In this document: one piece after another, positions 60,567 through 64,000 of the stretch
Layout: each line of letters begins with the position of its first letter
How positions within the stretch are numbered: the stretch's first letter is position 1
From: Azolla caroliniana
Taxonomy: Eukaryota; Plantae; Polypodiophyta
Length of the DNA stretch: 64,000 nt
Assembly (NCBI GenBank): GCA_043228905.1
Contig: JBHGNT010000006.1
Coordinates: 22,258,001-22,322,000 of the forward strand
Direction of reading: 5' to 3'
Program-made: the position numbers and the translations under genes
The notes under the pieces: model-generated
Told to the model about the DNA's origin: nothing
Seen by the model: only the letters and a program-made list of their open reading frames with translations
Databases searched by the model: none

Positions 60567-63500
60567 TGTCGTGCCTTTCGGCTCCGGATCGTTTGCGTGA
60601 GTCGGGTGGGAACCACCGGGGTTTTGGACTAGGAGGAGGAAGAATTTGAGGCTAATCTTGTGAATCCCACAAGTATTACATTAATCAATATTTATGTAAG
60701 AATATGAATTTAGATTGAAAGAGATAGATTATCTTAAACTTCGTGAATCCCACGAGTATATTTTATTAATTGGTGTTTTAGGAAATATATCCAATTTCCC
60801 AAATATTTTTCACACACCTATTACATTGTGCTCCCCATCCTTATGTAGTGATGGGAGAGACTAAGCATAGCTACATGCTTTTTTTAATCCTTGCTTTTAT
60901 TTGCTAAATATAGTGCTCATGCACGCTAGATGTGCATGAGTCACTTTTTAGTCGCTTGCGTTTTTCTATAAAATATTCACGCACTCTAAAAATACATGAT
61001 TTACCTTTTAATAAAGGTAGGCGCAAATAAAGCACTTATAGTTATTAAATCTATTTATAGAACACTAAAGATAAGGTAGCATAATGGTAAAGTTGAAGTT
61101 TGGCTACGTGGAGGTACAAGGTTCAAATCTTGCCCTATGCACGTGATAAATATCTTGATATTCTTATTTTATTTATTGGTGATAAATATCTTAATATTCT
61201 TATTTTATTTATTTATATGTAATTAAATCGGTTATATTATTTTTACTTTTTCACGTAGTGTACGAAATACACTACGACACTCGCCCCCTCCGAACCCGCA
61301 CATCCTCCGGTATGTGCCGAAGTTGCCGATGCTCGTTGTCTCCCCTTCATCCTCCGTTTATCCCGCTATGTCAACTTTGTCTCTCCATTTTGAGTAGACC
61401 CATTCTTTCCACGCGAACCATTGTCGCCATCCGATCGACCATATTCTTTGTTCTCTCTCATCATATTCTTGGCCCTTGTCATTCGTGGTAGTGTCTTTTA
61501 CTAGCCTCTTTCTTGTCTTCATCAACCTTGACTTTTTTCCGGATCGCTCTCGTCCGATCAACTTTTGATTTGATCGGCTTTCGATCGGATTCGTATTCGG
61601 TCGAATCGGAATCGGTTGTTCGGTTTTGATTGAGTCGGTCTCCTTCCGGCCCGGTTTCGATCTATCGGTTTTGGTTTCGGTTGGCTTTCTTTTCCTCGTT
61701 TTCACCAGCCTCGACCGGTCCAACCTTCGATTGAGTCGGATTAGCTTCTTTCCGGATCCGTCTCGTCCGATTGGCTTTCGGCTAGGTCGGCTTCCATCCA
61801 TATTCGCGTTCGGCCAAGTCAGAACCGATTCGACCCCTTTTCGGGTCGGCTTTCTTTCGGGTCGTCTTTCGGCCGAATCCTCATTCGCCCAGTTCGGCTT
61901 TCGTTTGTGTCGTCTTTCGGCCGAATTCTCTTCCTTTCGGTTCGGCTTTTTTTCGGGTCGACTTTCGGTCGAATCCTCTTTTACCCGGTTAGACTTTCTT
62001 TCGGATCGGAATCCCGTCCGGATCACCTTCCATCCTAACTGGCTTCCGACTTTACCTTTCTTGCCGCCACCTCCCGTCTCTCCGGTCTCACGTTGCTTCT
62101 CAGACACAACTGCCGAAGTCTCTAGGATTAGTGGGTAGGAATCCTCGGTATTATCATCCTCCATTGTTTCACCCATAGCCATATTCTCGGCTATCTCTCC
62201 GTCGTATGCATCGACTTCGACCTTTGTTTTCTCTCCGCCACCTTCCGTCTCTTCGGTCTCACGTTGCCTTTCGAACCCAACCGCCGGAGTCTCTGGAATT
62301 AGTGGTGGGGAAGTCTCGATATGGCCATCTGTCGTTGATTCGTCCATAGCCACCTTCAATTCGATGTCATCTTTCGTGGTGACCTCCTCAATCACATCCA
62401 CTTCACACTCTTTATCTGCATCAATTATGCAAACATCTATTATGCTTACCCCTTTTTGACCCGATGTCTCGGGCACTTGTATCCCGAAATTTCCTTCTAC
62501 ACTTGAATTATCGGCCTTATCCTTCGCCATCGTTCTTTCACAAGACGAGTGGGTGTCTTGTTCCACTCTTTCTCCCGTGGTACCATCATGTTGTATTTCG
62601 GCCTTCATATTGGCTTCATCGTTTTTCCTCAATCGACCATCCTTCATGGGCCATGTCGTTGTTGACGAGATTCTCATCTTCCTCTCATCATGTCTCCGGC
62701 ATACCCTTTCGACTTTGGCCCAATCCTCGGTAAGGCCGTTCGCACCGTCATCATCTTCGAGTTCGATCCCAATGTCCATCCTTTCTTTCCGATCGATCGA
62801 TCTTACGAACATTAAGACTTTATCTTCTCCCACCAATCTTCGTTCCCGCTCCGAGAGTCGAGCAAAACGATGCTCGAACTCTAGGAATGCTTGTGTTGCA
62901 CTTCGGTGGGTCTTCTCCGATGCCACCCATTCGTCGAATTCTCGCCGATCTTTTCCCTTCGATCTCTTGTAATCATATGCCTCTCGTAAAGCTTCTTCGA
63001 ATGATCCCCATGTCAAGTTTTGTTGCCGTATCTTGTGGATTCTCTCTTGTAGCTCATCCGTGGCCACCCGATTGAAGGATGTCACTTGCAATCCTTCTGG
63101 TATCCCACATCGTATCATCTCCGCCTTGTAGTCACGTAGATAGCATGACACATCGTTTCCGTTGAATTGTCCATTTCGTTGTACGAGCCGCTTTACTGCC
63201 CCCGTGATCTCCGACATCGCTCGTTGTTCTTGTAGCATCCGCTCGAACATCATCATCATCGTTATGCTCATTGCCTCTTGTTGATTCTCCATCTCCTTGC
63301 CACCCGCCTTCACGTCGGGTTCACCAACTGTGTCGTGCCTTTCGGCTCCGGATCGTTTGCGTGAGTCGGGTGGGAACCACCGGGGTTTTGGACTAGGAGG
63401 AGGAAGAATTTGAGGCTAATCTTGTGAATCCCACAAGTATTACATTAATCAATATTTATGTAAGAATATGAATTTAGATTGAAAGAGATAGATTATCTTA

Positions 63501-64000
63501 AACTTCGTGAATCCCACGAGTATATTTTATTAATTGGTGTTTTAGGAAATATATCCAATTTCCCAAATATTTTTCACACACCTATTACATTGTGCTCCCC
63601 ATCCTTATGTAGTGATGGGAGAGACTAAGCATAGCTACATGCTTTTTTTAATCCTTGCTTTTATTTGCTAAATATAGTGCTCATGCACGCTAGATGTGCA
63701 TGAGTCACTTTTTAGTCGCTTGCGTTTTTCTATAAAATATTCACGCACTCTAAAAATACATGATTTACCTTTTAATAAAGGTAGGCGCAAATAAAGCACT
63801 TATAGTTATTAAATCTATTTATAGAACACTAAAGATAAGGTAGCATAATGGTAAAGTTGAAGTTTGGCTACGTGGAGGTACAAGGTTCAAATCTTGCCCT
63901 ATGCACGTGATAAATATCTTGATATTCTTATTTTATTTATTGGTGATAAATATCTTAATATTCTTATTTTATTTATTTATATGTAATTAAATCGGTTATA
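60567..64000 (-). mobile_element. Element B: intact, very young gag-only LTR retroelement with tRNA-Trp PBS
   Basis: 3' LTR 60567-61279 (TGTCGT...ACGACA, 713 bp). 5' LTR from 63331 to window end, with no difference seen over the visible ~670 nt. PBS 63309-63326, PPT GGAGGGGGCGAG, ~2.05-kb interior with one ORF. Confidence 0.92.
61358..63292 (-). CDS. Gag-like capsid protein (644 aa from first ATG) with long acidic then basic repetitive tail; no protease, RT or integrase
   Basis: FNGNDVSCYLRDYKAEM...WGSFEEALREAY...FDEWV...FEHRFARLSERE...KVLMFVRSID...NGLTEDWAKVERVC, closely paralleling element A gag; first ATG lies ~16 nt from the PBS. Confidence 0.85.
   Translation of the reverse strand: MENQQEAMSITMMMMFERMLQEQRAMSEITGAVKRLVQRNGQFNGNDVSCYLRDYKAEMIRCGIPEGLQVTSFNRVATDELQERIHKIRQQNLTWGSFEEALREAYDYKRSKGKDRREFDEWVASEKTHRSATQAFLEFEHRFARLSERERRLVGEDKVLMFVRSIDRKERMDIGIELEDDDGANGLTEDWAKVERVCRRHDERKMRISSTTTWPMKDGRLRKNDEANMKAEIQHDGTTGERVEQDTHSSCERTMAKDKADNSSVEGNFGIQVPETSGQKGVSIIDVCIIDADKECEVDVIEEVTTKDDIELKVAMDESTTDGHIETSPPLIPETPAVGFERQRETEETEGGGEKTKVEVDAYDGEIAENMAMGETMEDDNTEDSYPLILETSAVVSEKQRETGETGGGGKKGKVGSQLGWKVIRTGFRSERKSNRVKEDSTESRPEKKPNRKEENSAERRHKRKPNWANEDSAERRPERKPTRKGVESVLTWPNANMDGSRPSRKPIGRDGSGKKLIRLNRRLDRSRLVKTRKRKPTETKTDRSKPGRKETDSIKTEQPIPIRPNTNPIESRSNQKLIGRERSGKKSRLMKTRKRLVKDTTTNDKGQEYDEREQRIWSIGWRQWFAWKEWVYSKWRDKVDIAG

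Overview
Eukaryotic, intron-rich, AT-rich land-plant nuclear DNA. The style of the PLS-PPR protein and the retroelements suggests a fern or other seed-free plant; this is inference only. The left ~49 kb holds five protein genes: a 5'-truncated PRMT4/CARM1 (+), a PLS-class PPR ending inside the E domain (-), a group E bZIP (+), a RanBP2-zinc-finger TDP2-like EEP phosphodiesterase (-) and an SPX-EXS PHO1 (+). It also holds an independently promoted U13/SNORD13-type box C/D snoRNA (18S ac4C guide) at ~11.1 kb, LTR/copia debris, a ~500-bp foldback and several minisatellites. The right ~14 kb is a nest of retroelements: a decayed chromodomain Ty3/gypsy, a copia integrase fragment, and three same-orientation, apparently nested members of one non-autonomous LTR family. 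All three share TGTCG...GACA LTR termini (the oldest has a C at base 1), a G-rich PPT and a CCGG-loop hairpin 18-19 nt from the 3' LTR. Two also show a tRNA-Trp PBS and a gag without pol. Their LTR bodies are unrelated: one is almost entirely a ~675-bp inverted repeat and another carries a tRNA-derived A/B-box head. This family and the U13 locus, whose 5' guide has duplicated antisense segments just downstream, are the most notable signals. Exon coordinates were read by eye from GT/AG sites and frame continuity; no database searches were run.
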